Source: Ophelia neglecta (taxonomy: Eukaryota). Taken from it: a stretch of 64,000 bases of DNA. Both the position numbers and the translations under genes were made by a program. A model generated the notes under the pieces. It worked only from the letters and a program-made list of their open reading frames with translations. It made no database searches and was not told the DNA's origin. Where the stretch lies: assembly GCA_965285935.1 (NCBI GenBank), contig OZ260663.1:5704001-5768000 (forward strand), given 5' to 3'. Below are positions 1 to 13,900 of the stretch, piece by piece. Positions within the stretch are counted from its first letter, which is position 1. Each line of letters opens with the position of its first letter.

Positions 1-1135
1 AATATTCAGTCACTGGTGCTATTGAAAAGATTACTTAAAACATGTTAATTGAAAAAAGCATATAAAGTATAATACTAGTGTTATATCCACTATTGTTGTA
101 GTTAATTCACTCTAAATGTTAGATTTTATATGGCAGGTGTATTACATTTATGATGTCTTTTACGCTTACTGTTATTCAGGAATGCTATTTGAATATATAT
201 TGTATTTGTACCGAGGTTCGTACTGCAGCTTACATTATCGACTTTAAACAATTTCCTTAATAGGCAAGCTAACTTGCCAAATCAGCCACTGGCAATCATT
301 TTCATATCTGACATAGTGACGCTCATTATCCGTGGAGAAAATAAATCAGCTAGCACAGAAGCAGGACCATCTAATCCATTGCATGCTAGATAGCGACCAC
401 TTTAAATGAAGCAACGCGGCTGCCTTATCCATTTAGCAGGCGAACATGCCAAGAATAAATCTTAACTTTTGATATCAACAGTCATGCGAATATAGTAATG
501 GGAATTTCTACGATCTCTACTGATAAAAAACAATTCACAGACGCAATTAGATTGAAGTATATTGTGCTTTTGATAATATGATCTTATTATTTTATGTTTT
601 CATTTATAAAAATCAATATATGTAGACGTCTTGCAATTGATGAAAGTTGAACGTTCACACCTCTTAATACACTTTAAAGGGATACGTATACCTAATTAAG
701 CACCTTTATTTAAGTTGACCCTTTAGGATATGTCGCGCCAATCATGCATATGTCACCGGACGATTGCTATTGATTTGAGACCACCAGGGCAAAGTTCAAC
801 ATCATCACACTACCGACGTCGATAGATGATTTCCGCGGCATAACTTGATTTCGATTCAGGTTGGAGTTCAATGGCACCCATCCAGCATATGGAAATTCTT
901 TCGTGACTAAGGCCGTTGGCCAAAACGAGCTTCTTATTTAACTTGGTGCGTTGTTCTCCTTTATCTAGCTCGACCCTCGTGAGTAATATTCGCACGTTAT
1001 AGCTATTACCTTGACATTTTGGTAAACTTTACTATATTATAACAAATCCAGTTCCGATCTGATTTGAAAATTTCAAAACAAATGTACGTTAAAACAATAT
1101 TAGTACAGGCAAGAACATTTAAATGTTAAATCAGA
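1..1135. repeat. Third copy of the intergenic spacer (LINE 3' end plus downstream flank of the receptor gene)
   Basis: 1-545 aligns with 22615-23120 and 37735-38280; ~830-1130 aligns with 23870-24160. Confidence 0.75.
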
Positions 1136-1220
1136 ATTGATATATATTTGTCCAGATTTCTATGTGTAAAGTGCTAAAGAAATAAATGAAGGCCTATTAA
1201 ACTCAATGAATTAGAAATAT

Positions 1221-1226
1221 TTTATT
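1221..1226 (-). terminator. Candidate polyadenylation signal (AATAAA) of gene A
   Basis: AATAAA on the minus strand 3' of the stop; AATAAA also occurs downstream of B (24165-24170), C (~39453) and D (~57313). Confidence 0.35.
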
Positions 1227-1864
1227 TCAACATAAAACTGCAAAAGTCTACAAATGATTGGACGCCAACTATTTACAGGTACTTAAACAGGTACGAGTAT
1301 AGTATGGGCCAGCATGTGACCATGAATCACCAGCTCATGGCAAGTCGTCTTGATTGCTAAATGATAAAGAGCAAACCAGAAGCGCATGCGCCGATCGAGT
1401 GATTCTGAATCTTTACACCTGCCAAGATCAAATGTTAAAGATAATACCCGGAAGATATTGCTAAGGCAAATTTACTGTTCAAGACATAGGTCACTGGAGA
1501 TTCGTTTTGCATAGCCGTTGTGCGTCAGAGTTGGAAGACAACAGGGACGGATTAGACAGGGTTATATTGTCTGGGTCACACATTCTTTACATACAAAATA
1601 CATGGCATCCCCGTTTCTTCGAACATGAATTCGAGAGGGTTTATAAGGTGCTTACCCAAGAATGTTGTCTATTTTTTCATATTTATTGTTTACAAATGCA
1701 TACTGAGTTGGAAGGCAATACAAATGCTCAAAGTTTGCAATCCAGCAGTTATATTAAATTTCATATTAGAAGGAATTACTGGTGTATCATGTTCTTATAG
1801 TAATAACACAATTCAATTAGTTGTAACGCTTCCTTAATGGCTCGAATGATAAGAAAGGCGATAG

Positions 1865-1938
1865 TTATATTTCTTCATATTCACCATCATTACCGTACGG
1901 TTTCATGCCTTCATAGGGATTGACCTTGTTGAAGTTTT
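1865..1938 (-). CDS. Gene A last exon, ENFNKVNPYEGMKPYGNDGEYEEI*
   Basis: tttccag acceptor, 74 nt to TAA; same length and near-identical in all four paralogs. Confidence 0.85.
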
Positions 1939-4900
1939 CTGGAAAAAGTATAATCAATACCGAATATTATCATCCGAAAAACTATTTAGACATTTTCATT
2001 GGTCACTATGACAAAAGTAGCATAAAAACACAGCTCAGAAATAATAAATACTTATGAATTTTTAAGTTAAAATCATAATCAAATGTCAGCTGACAACACT
2101 TCAGTGAAGCGCTTTTTCGGAAATATATTTAAGTGCTACATATAATTTTGAAAGTTCTGATTTAATACTCTTAAATAAAGGACAATTTTACTGATTATGT
2201 ACGCTTTATTATTCCATTGAATTGCTCAGTACTGCTTCACTTACCGTATTCCCTCGCAGATGGTTTTCTTGTCTCATAGGGATGAGCGTCAGCTTTCAAG
2301 GACTCGTCGTGTACATTGATATTGGGCGAGTTTTGCGCCAGGTTGTCTGCAGTCTGTCTAGTGTTATCCTCTAGATAGCAAGGAGCCAATTCATGTTGCG
2401 TTTTGAGGTTTGATGGTGATTGTGTCCTGCCCATATGCCTCCTACAAATTAAAGGTCAAATTGTTATAAAGACAACTCTTAAAGTCGCTGTAACTATTAA
2501 AGCATTGGTATACCAGCTAAGTTAAGTTAGTAACATTGATAAACATAAGCTACTCGTTGTCAAAGTATGTGATATTGACGTATATGATGTGTTATATGTG
2601 AGTCACGTCAATGTTAATTACTAGTCCGTGCTTATCTTCGGAAGCCGTTGTTGTTTATACTAAAAACTTCAATTCTTAGGTTTTGGAAATCTACATTTTA
2701 AAGGAAGATAAAATAATGAAGAAATATAAAAGGAAAGATTTAAACCCGATAAAGAAGGCAGCGACGACAGCGATCACCAGTATCACCACACCAGTAACCG
2801 CCCCAGCTATCACGCCGATCGTGTTGGGATCGCTGTTCTTGCTTGCGATGGGAGTGCTTCTCAATGCCTCAGTGGTGGATTCTGTTGATGTCCAAGCCTG
2901 GGATGAACCGCCTGAATCTGAGACATGACACAGTTGATTAATAAGAACGAGTTGATGCACTTGTCTCCTTAAATTTATCAAAATATCTCATAAAGTATAA
3001 CTCAAATTCTCATAAAGAATATCTCAAGGTCTCATTAGTATGTATCAAGGTCTCCATAAGTACATCTCATGGTCTGACTAAATGTATCTCAAATTCTCAT
3101 TAATGATTTCTCATGGTCTCATTAAGTATGCCTCATGGTCCTATTACGTATATCTCAATGTTTTATTTAGAATATCTTATGGTCTCATTAACAATATCCC
3201 ATGGTCTCATAAAGTATATATCATGGCCTCATTCAGTTCATCTCACGGTCTCTCTTGGTTTAAGTTATGGTTTGACAAAAAATGGGCAGAAACTTTTAAT
3301 TGAAACATTTGGTTATAGACAATGCTAACAATGTGCGTCTTAATTGTAAGCGCTGGCTACCTTGATCTTTGTAATTAAATTAATACATATACATAATACA
3401 TGTATATTGTAATTATACTTTTATATACCTCTATAATCAGACCACCTGTCAATTAAGACCACTAATATGAAAACAGTGTAGTATACTTTCAATGTTGAAT
3501 AACCTGCCTAAACAGACCACCCTCAAAATCAGACCAGTATTTACCATTCCTTTGGTGGTCTTAATTCACAGGTTTCACTGTACTATGTCTTGACAGTTTT
3601 AGCATCTAAGAGTTAATGGCCTTTTCTTGATTAATGATTTTACTTTGTCTGCCGGGTAACCTCTCCCGTTTTTACCACGTGTCAATAAGCTTTAGCACAA
3701 TCATTTATCTGAAGGTTTGAATCGGTCTAGATTACCTAAGGTTTTGGCGCTCATTGGATGTTCCTTCCCTGTGTATGATGATGGTCCCAAATAAACTGTT
3801 CCGTTTTCCAGTTTTCTATACGCTGTCAGTTTAAACAAGTATTCCGTATTTGGTTGTAGGTTGCCTACAGTTCCCTCCTGCCATTCACGATCTCTGTATG
3901 GTACGTTTACTCCCAATGTCCACACTGTGTTACTAGCCAGGCGGTAGTATATATGATACCCTACATATTTGACAGCTTCTGCCGAGACATTAACCCCTTC
4001 CTTCCACTGCCATGTTACAGACCAGGCCGTGACCTCGGAGGGAGTTTCTTTCACTACGTCACTTGTTCCAAATTGCATAAGCGCTATAAGTGAACGGTCA
4101 AATAAAGTACACTTTCTACAATAAAATTTGTCTATAAAGGGACTACCCCTATACCGAGAACACTGTTAGGGAGCACACACCGGAAATTCTTAAATCTATA
4201 AAACATTGAATGATAAATTATCGAAAAAAAAAAAATATATAACGTCGAGTTGAACCCGCATTATTTATTTCAGAGGAAGCATATGCGTTCCTATGATACA
4301 AACAATCATGCACGGAAGAAAGCAAACCAACACAAGACAACTACAAATAGAAACAATTGGCTGCTGGATATGTTACGATGTGTAACTAGTCCTATATTCT
4401 GCTGCCGCCGTTTAACTAGTATAACATATAACATCGCCTAAAACCTTGGGCCTTCATACTTGGCGCGACTGTACTGTGAATAAGGTATACATTGCACATC
4501 TCTGCTATTAGAAGTCTCATTAAAGGTCTTATTAGAAGTACTGCTGTATCGAAACAAAGTTAGCATAAAACATGCAGCCGACGACGATGTAAATTTCGAT
4601 ACTTCGAAGTGTATACTCAGCGACGGCGGGTGGGTGGAAGATACCGACACTAAGCAGAAGAAGACTATTAATTATTAACCAATATTACTTAACAACCAGG
4701 CTTATAATCATAGTAGTTTACACTCACGTAGTTTCACATCACATCTCTCTCCAATCCACCACTCCTCGTTAATGTTATAAGAGCAGCCCTCAGTACATAC
4801 GCCTGTATCTTTATGACAAGCCTTGTTCTTGCAGTGAGGACGACAACAATTCTCTCCCACAAGATCTTCGGCACATCCTGAAACTAACAACGGAGGGCTG

Positions 4901-7900
4901 AACTTACAACAAATAGCTGATTTCAGTTGACACAAATAAAAGATGACGTAATAATTGATCAATTAAATAGTGTAACAACCAGATGCGCTAGTCTTTGCCG
5001 TGAGGAAGGGGTGACCCGACTCTTTGTATGACGTAGTTCCGATGTGCATTTTACCGTCAGTAGACTTTCGGTACACCTTTAAGTCAAACTCGTAATGTGT
5101 ATCTGACCGTAGGCGACTCACAGTCCCCTCTTGCCATTCTGTCTGTCTGTATGATACGTTAACCCCTGTGCGCCACTCTGCGCTATCAGGTTGTCTGTAG
5201 ATTATATGGTAACCCACATAGGTCACGGCCTCCTCCGGGACGTTAACCCCTTCTTTCCACCGCCATGTTACAGATTGGTGTGTGATTCTAACTGGAGATT
5301 TATCAACCTCGTCTTTTGGCCCGAACTGCATTTGTGCTACGAGATATAAATTGAAAGAGAAATCAATCTTAAGGGAGTAATCAATTCATAATACTGGAAG
5401 TGGGTGAATGGATATACGAATTAAAAAAATGGCTCAAGTGTTTTTATTAAGTCCTCTACCAAAACCCCTTCCCCTATCGCGCTAAATTAAAACTTCAATC
5501 CTTCATCCTCTGTAAATCTTATGGAGTTATTCAAAACCAAATGTCAGACTATGTACACAGATGATGTACTACGATCGAACAACAAGGAATTATATTCATT
5601 AATGATATAGTTCTTCTATGTCCAAAGTGATATTTATATATGAATATGATGCTTCCACTTTCAAAACAATAAAAAGGTCAAATTATCTTTGTGCCCAGGA
5701 AATTATTAATATGGACCTGTCTTTGATATCTAGATGGTGTTCTGATTGGTTCGATAGAACCTAAAGTAAAAGCAAATATATATTATTTAGCAACAAGCAC
5801 GACACCTCAGAATAGGCCAATAGAAGAAACAGGGAGTGTTACCTATCTAGATATCATTTTTGAAAAATAAATACAGCTTGACTTCTCATATCACTCACTT
5901 ATCACGAAAGGCAAACAAACGTATAGCCTGACTGTTAAGACTGAAACACACTCTCTCGACAAAGTCTCAAAATGGCCAACAAAGTCTTTGTGAGGCCTCT
6001 GTTAGAATGTTGGACTACATTTTTGACTCGTGCTCTGAGGCTAATAGCATTACACTTGAAAATGTTCAGTTCGGCGCGATAAGACTTATATCTGGTATTA
6101 GGCGTGGTACGTCTCATATTAATTGTACTCTGAGTCTTGTTTAGACTCATTAGCACATAGGCGAAAAGTATCACAACTTTGCAAATTCTATGATGTTATT
6201 TATCAGATTATTCAGTTGACCGATACCATGTTACCTCTCTTCAGTCATCTATGGTATATAAAATCATAGGATCGGACAAAGAACACCTCATAATACCAAT
6301 TTGCAGAACTTCATACTTTAAATTGTATTCTCATATTGTATGTTTGGCAACCCGTCAGAATTAGCTTTCAACTATTGAGGGAAACCAATTGAATAATTAT
6401 GTTTAATCTAAACTAACGACAACGACATTCAAATGTTTTGGGCAAGAGGTTCAACACATAGGCAGGTGGTTTTACCCTACCACCATTAAGAGCCGATACG
6501 TCGTATTAACCTTTACCTAACTGCAACCAAACCACCGCCCCACCTCCCCAACTTCTATACTAAAAACTGACCACCCGAGAGTTGCATTGGTTAGTCATTA
6601 GAATGTGAATGTGCATAAGGCGTGCATGTAACACTAGTGGCTTAATTGAATATACAGGATAAATTCCACATTTTACACTTACCTAGTTGTACATTACATT
6701 TGTCCCCAACCCACCAGTCCTTGTTGACGTCATAGGAGCACCCACCGGTGCACTCTCCGGTCGCCTTCGTACAAGAGAGGTTGCTACAATGAGGGCTGCA
6801 ACAATTCTCTCCCACCAGACCTTCGTGACACACGGGAACTAAAAAAGAACAGGTTACCATAAATTCTATTTGGAATTTGGAAATGGCACATCCTAAATTG
6901 CAATTTTTTAGGACATATTTCTGTTAAAAAGAATACGTGTAATTACAGGAAACGTTGGTCGATGCTGTAAGTGTCGAGTGACCCGATTCTCTGTAAGAAG
7001 GAGATCCCAGGTGTATTTTTCCATCAGTGTCTTTTCTGTACACGTGTATGTCAAACTCGTATTCTGTATACTGTTGCAGATGGCTGACAGTGCCTTCCTG
7101 CCAGTCACTCTGTCTGTATGCAACGTCCACTCCCCTTTTCCACTCTTTATCTGCGTTACCAACTTCTCTGAAGTATATACGGTAACCCACATAAGGCACG
7201 GCCTCCTCCGGGACTTTCACTCCTTCCTTCCAACGCCAAGTCACAGACCGGGGCGTGATTCTGAGTGGAGAACGATCAACAAAGTCCTTGGATCCGAACT
7301 GCATTTTTGCTGGGGTGAACGAAATGAAAATAATAAGTAATATTATCCAGGTTATGGTCAAAAGTAATCACTAGGTGGGCTAGAGGAGGGTTAGGAATGG
7401 GTTTGGGGGAGTTATGAGGGGCGCATGGGTCTGCTTAATTAGCATTAACAATTAACACATACAGATGTTCTTGTGACCCCCCCCCCCCCTCCTTCCATCA
7501 GAGGATTGGTGCTTTATGAGAAAACTATTGCCTGGTTTATAGAAGAACCTAATACAATCCACATTCATTAGGAACTGAGTAACACGAAGTTTAAATTGTG
7601 GTTTATATGTTCTAGCGTTGTCAGCAATAGATGACAAAGAAATCCGTTTAGCCGAGCTTTAAATATATATATACATTTTTTATTTCCTACACTTAGTTGA
7701 ACGTGCATAGGTATGATCATTACATAATGTTTTAGTTTTCTTAGTTGAAATATTGGATTGTAAGTCTCACAAGGTGAAACACATTTTAATACATGCCGTC
7801 TGAGCACAATCATATGCCAACCGAGGCTTGGAAAATCACATCTTTATCAAATTTGAAAAATGAAAAGGTGAGCTATGCAATCCATTGATATAATCAGACG

Positions 7901-10900
7901 CCTTTACCTGTTCTCGACCATCTGTATGAGGGTAGTATGTTTCTGGTACTATTAAATATGCAGTGACTTATTTAATTTGAGCGTATGTCTGGGTCAACCT
8001 TGTACCTAGACTGAACTTGTTTCAATGTATTACAAAGTGTAACACTTTTTTGATGCCATCACTTACACGCCCTATATCTACATATTTTGATAAGGGTTTA
8101 TTCTGAGAACCTTGACACGGGCTTCAACAATTGTGAAATCATATTACATTGACCTTTTTATAATAAAGCGCCTACAATGCATATAACTTACCACCTGTCT
8201 TTTACAATGGTTAAATGAAACGAATAAGAAGCCATGATGCGACTGGATATTCAGACCTGGGACTTCCGCTAACCCCTTCATGTACATTTTATTACAATTG
8301 TCTAGGGTTAACTGTGGCCTGAGGCATGAAACAAGATGTTCCCGTGAGAAGTTTAATTGTGACATGAAATCCTCGGTTTGCTTGAAATGTTCGTGCTGAG
8401 ACACAGGTTGGCATAGGGCAGGGTCTCCTCTTTTCAGGCTTTTTGTGCTTTTGCTTGCACGAACATCTTTGCATGATTTTTCCACATAGACCCATTAAGT
8501 GTGAAGCCAAGATTCTAACATTTCATACTGTCTGTTATCTCATGAATCCTCAAACATGAGTCCCATTGGGCTATTTTCGCTCATTTTTATTTGGTTTAAT
8601 ACGATGTCACATATTAATCGCTATTCTCTTTTATAAGTGGTCAGCTGGGAGGGCAATGATATCTCGGAGCAATACCAATCATCTGTATTTTATGTACACG
8701 GAGACAGGCCACCATCCGACCCGAAGTGTCTGGGCTGCTTGTGTTTTGTGGGAGATCTCGTATGCGTTTGTCGGGTGCTCTGTGCTCTCTGTCATGCATT
8801 TCTGTTGGTCCAAAAGTCAGATTTACTAATAATAGGCCATAGACAAGTCCCGAGAAGAACACTGCAGGGTACAGTTAAGCGAGAGTCCAAGCATTCCCTT
8901 TGTCAGATACTGATCCAAAACATACGAGGGCGTCATGTTTACTTCGGGCTTTAGTGATTCCTTGACTTATTGTTTCATTCGGAGCATCGGTTGTCCTTGC
9001 TAAAGGCACCCCGGGATGAACCGTTGAGAGCATTTTAGGGACATACCATCTCCGAGATTAAACCTTACGTCAATCGTAAGGTTCGCCAAGGGTCCGAACC
9101 TTACAGTCTCACAATTTTCAACGTTAAATGCCAGTCTCTATTTTCTCCGGGATACATTGTCAGATTAGTCACATCATAAGCGTTACCCACAATTCCTGAT
9201 CCTATACCGTATGTCGAACACTCATGGCTCAATTTGACAACGATCATCTCGTCATAAAGACATTCGAAGAGGAGTATTGACAGCTGTCCGACTTGGTGAA
9301 GGCCGAGCAAGACCAGGAACCAGTCCGTGAATGAGCAAAGGATCTTCACCGCACTCCCGAAATAACGGTAATAGTCACGTACCATTCTCTAGAATTTCCC
9401 CAGACTCCTTTTCGTATATAATATGATAACGGTTCCTCCGATCTAAACAGAGCCGTACGCCTTTCGACACTCGATAAACATGGCGTATATAGTGTTTTCC
9501 TCCGACTGGAGAGGTACTGATGTCTCTCGAACATTCGAGCAGCCCTTTACGAGGCTCCTTGGAGAGGGTGCAGTGTGTTGTGCTCGACTGTCCAGCACTC
9601 CAGTCGCTTCATGAGAATTCCTTCATACAATTTACATAGCATTGTCAATAGGGTATTTTTTTGATAATTATCTATATTGGTAGGACTCCCCCTCCTTTGA
9701 AGGTAATCCTATGTCCCGGCGAAAGTTTCTTGGCATGTACTCAAGTCGTGTAATCTGGTTGAAGAAGTTGTTTATTGCTAGGTTTTCTTAGAGAGGTGAT
9801 TCCCGCTCCCAAGTGCACAGATCATTCTCTATTTACTTTTGAAATATGCAACAAAGTGAGCGTCCTGTAAGGGTGTGGCTAGGCTTTTTAGATATTTAAA
9901 CCATTTGCATTTAGTTGCGTCTACAGATCAGGCCATTGTACCATCATCCTTTTGAATTACGTACGCGTTGCCCTGGAATTGTCTTCCGTCGTAAACTGAC
10001 CATCTGCCAGTTCGAGCCCTAGTCTAGCTCTAGATTTTTGATAATAAATTTTGTTCCACTTCGTCTTTCTCGTGTTTTGCTCTTCACCGTTCCTTTCTTC
10101 AGAATCCTTTGGTGACTTTAAATGCCATCTAGGGCGCGTTTGTTGTGGCGTTTAGTCTGCTTTTTATTAGTGACATTAAGTTTTGGAAGTAAATATACTA
10201 AATGAATTATATGTGCATATCAATGTATTTCATACTAACGTATAAGTTTATTACAGTTAACTCCAATCCACCATTCCTCGTTCTCGTCATAGTTACACCC
10301 ATCGGTACACATTCCTGTCTCCTTCGTACAGGCGAAATTCTTACAGTGGGGACTACAACAGTTCTCTCCTTGCAGATCTTCATGACATCCTGGAACAAAA
10401 TAGCGTATTTTAGCTAGAATAACATAAGTTACAATTTTCTGGAACCAATTGCAACCTAAACGGAACAGGAAGTGTAACCTTCGTTCACGTCGGACTTTGC
10501 TATGAGAGCCTTGTTTAAAATCAATCAGAAGTGTGTATATGCTTTGTGGTGAAGTCGCGATATTCATTGCTCCCCTGTCTACTGAAATTAGGCATTCTTT
10601 GCATATGCTTATTCTTCATTTTTATATATCAATCGTCGTCATTTGCTTCGTTAGAAAATTTTGTAAACCAAGAAATTTCAAACAATAAAAAGATTGTTTG
10701 AAAAGAGTATTTTTATGTGGTTTTTGTGAGAATATGACTTAATATTACCATTGGTCATGTTTGTCCGAGCTTTTAGTTCAGCCTTGGCATAGTCAACGTA
10801 GGATGTCGGCCCGATCACAACGTCTCCATTTGCAGTTTTTCTGACGGCTTTCAGGTCGAACTCGTATTCTGTATCTGGCTGCAGTTCGCCCTTATTGCCC

Positions 10901-13900
10901 TGCTGCCATTCACTCAGTCTATACGGGACGTCAGATCCTAGCTTCCAATCTCTGGTACCAGTTATACGGAAGTAGATTTGATAGCCAACGTAGGGAGCGG
11001 ACAGATGTGTTATGGTTACTCCTTCCTTCCAACGCCAAGTCACGGAGTTGTGTGTTACTTTCACGGGATTCGTGTCGACGGCGTCACTTGATCCGAACTG
11101 CATAACGGCTGAAACAAAATAGTTTGCTGAAATAGTTGGAACACAACACATGTGTTTCATGATTGTTCATATCAAGTTGTACAGTACATATACAGGGACA
11201 CTTGATAGGTTTTTTGATAGGAAACCTGTTTTGAGTCGAAATGTAGTATTGTTTACTGCTCAGAATATACTGTTAACATTTTTGAACACTTTGAAATTGG
11301 GCTTTATAGGATTTATGCTTAACAATTAAAGTTCGTTGACCAGACACTTTTTTAAACTACTTTATTTGGCAGAAATTCCTACTTAAGGACGAACCCGATG
11401 ACTTACTTGGAGCCTTATAGCGTGTACCGGTAATACTCACGTATTTCTATATCACACCTGTTTCCCACCCACCAGGCACCGGTATCATCGAAAGAGCAGC
11501 CGAAAGTACACACTCCCGAATTCTTGTCGCACCTGTGTTGCTTACAATAGGAACTGCAGCAGTTTTCACCAACGAGGCCTTCATTGCACCCAAGAGCTAA
11601 TACATTTTGCATACAATGAGAACAGAAAAGCAGTGTTATTTAAAGTATGTTGAATTTGAAAACACAATGCATTGGATATCAAGGTCACTGAACAAACTAG
11701 GTATCTAAAATGTTTTATAATATATCAGCTACCTGACTAATGAATTTGCCTTAGTATATTATTTAAATTAAATACTAATATCATGTGTACAATAAGAAAG
11801 AGCTTGTAATTCTTATAATAAAATAAATAAATTAAATCTGATTAATAAACAGATGGTGTCTATTCTTAATAATTCAAAATCTTGTTCCTTAGTTAAGACA
11901 TTAAGGACACTTACAAATCGGAGGTAGTGTTCGAGCTGAAAGTGCGAACGTCGGAGCTCCAATGGCTGTTTGTCCGTTTATAGATTTCCTGTAAGCCTTC
12001 AAATCAAACTGGTAGTCAGCGTTTGGCTGTAGTTGGTCCACAGTCCCATTGATCCATGTATTATTTGTGTATGGCACGGTAACCCCGAGGGTCCAGTTAG
12101 ATGTATCCCCCAAACGGTAGTAGATGTAGTAGCCTATGTAAGGTGCGGCCTGCTCTGATATGTCTGCACCTTCTTGCCATCGCCATGTGATGGAGTGGTT
12201 TGTTACTATAGCTGGGTATTTGTCTACGTTGTCTGCGGTATCAAACCCCATAATGGCTACGGAAATAACATTTATTTATTCAAGTGTACTATACCTAATG
12301 TAGTTGCCTATATTTGACTGTGTGTACGGTAACATAAGTCAGTAAGAGTTTTTTCAAAATCTTGGAAAGCATTTTAAAATGTTTTAAAATATGTTAAAAA
12401 TTGTGCAGACTAAAAAATTATCAGAAGTGACAGCTTTGACCTAGCCAGTAAAATCACACTATTCTCTGCACGCAATACCAGGCATTATTGATCTCAGATA
12501 ACTCACGTATTTCTACATTACACTCGTTTCCAATCCACATCGGTCCGTCGATATCTTGGAAACAGCCGTCAGTACAGCTACCGTCATTGTCACATGAGTC
12601 ATCTTTGCAGTGCCCGCTACAACAATTTGGGCCAAAATGTCCAGGATTGCACCCTGTAAAGTTAAAAACCATCGTTTAATCCACCGTACACAACGCACTG
12701 AAGGGAAAACGGTATTGTCTCATGACTCATCACATCACGGACATAAAAATACAACATGTCACAAGTGACATTACTTTACTGGGCAAAGCTTATCACATTT
12801 ACAATATTAACCAGTCATAGTTATAGTCATCGCCACTGGCGCATTACATTTATTCAATGCAACTTTATTCTATCCAAATTACCATTATTACACTATGGTA
12901 TATTTCGAAAATTAACATTTAAAATATTTTTATTTAAAGATGAAGCTTGACCTTTACATATGTGTACGCAAGCATGCACATGGGCAACAGCATACAGCCA
13001 TGCGCCGTAAGGCCCACCGCACCGACAAACCAGGGAGCCCCAGACCCACCAAACGTGCCCGCCCGCAGAATGAAGGCCCCTACCAACCAGACAAAAACAA
13101 AAGACCTACAAATAGTAAAGCATGGCAAGCTTCATATATATACGTTATTGCCCAATCGGCCGGGCAATACACTTCTCCGGACGGATACGCCCGCAGAGCC
13201 CAATGTCCCCCAGACCCACCGCAGCACGTCGGGCGCCCACGGCCAAGAGCACGGGGCAAGCTCAGTTGGAATGCTTATACAAATAATAAATAATAGATTC
13301 ATTAAAACAGGATGTGCCCAACTAAACTTGATCTCAGTTCTTAGATCAAAGAGTGAAATACTAAACCCGAACAAAAATATACTGGCAACGATTGCCTTTA
13401 AGAAGAGGAAAAAATGGAAAAAACAGAGAATGGATGACCTGACAATTTATAGTATTGAGAACCTGGGATGTGAAAAACAAATTATGCCTTAGAAGCCAAT
13501 AATATTCCATATTCTATTAAAAAGGAGAACAACCAAAAGCAAAGCAGGACCTGGGTGTTTTGAAGGTGGAGGTACCTATAGACGTAACAGGCCTCCAGGT
13601 CACAAGTATTTGCTTGAAAGTAATTCTTAATATAGTAAGAAAACAGTGTAGACTAAGTGTTTTGACCTTACATTTCAGGAGTTTAATTTATTTTGGTGAA
13701 ACTGTTGTACCTAACGCAATACTTGGTAAATTAATGCTTTTCTCGGGAAGTGTTGTATTTATTCTAGTTTATTTGTATTGTAACTGTGAATATCTGAAGT
13801 TTGTTTTAAGTCAAGTTGGTCGAAATATTTAGGTAGATTACTGTTCGAGTATTTACGGTAGGATTCAGTAAGTGAAGGGAGTAGAGGTCCTCCAGCTTCC

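Noticed and set aside
1865-2441. Calling the genes RPTP, Tie, MEGF10/Draper or SCARF
   Set aside because: No kinase or phosphatase exons before the stop, no EMI domain, and a different module order; no gene symbol assigned
2980-3255. Possible CRISPR array
   Set aside because: Contiguous degenerate units with no unique spacers, inside a spliceosomal intron; it is a minisatellite
6978-7340. Antisense and off-frame ORFs over exons (also 27834-28169, 2683-2928, 40384-40707)
   Set aside because: Shadows of the minus-strand coding exons
12940-13492. 181-aa and 117-aa plus-strand ORFs as genes
   Set aside because: GC-rich intronic segment absent from B, no recognisable motif, open in several frames; likely repeat-derived
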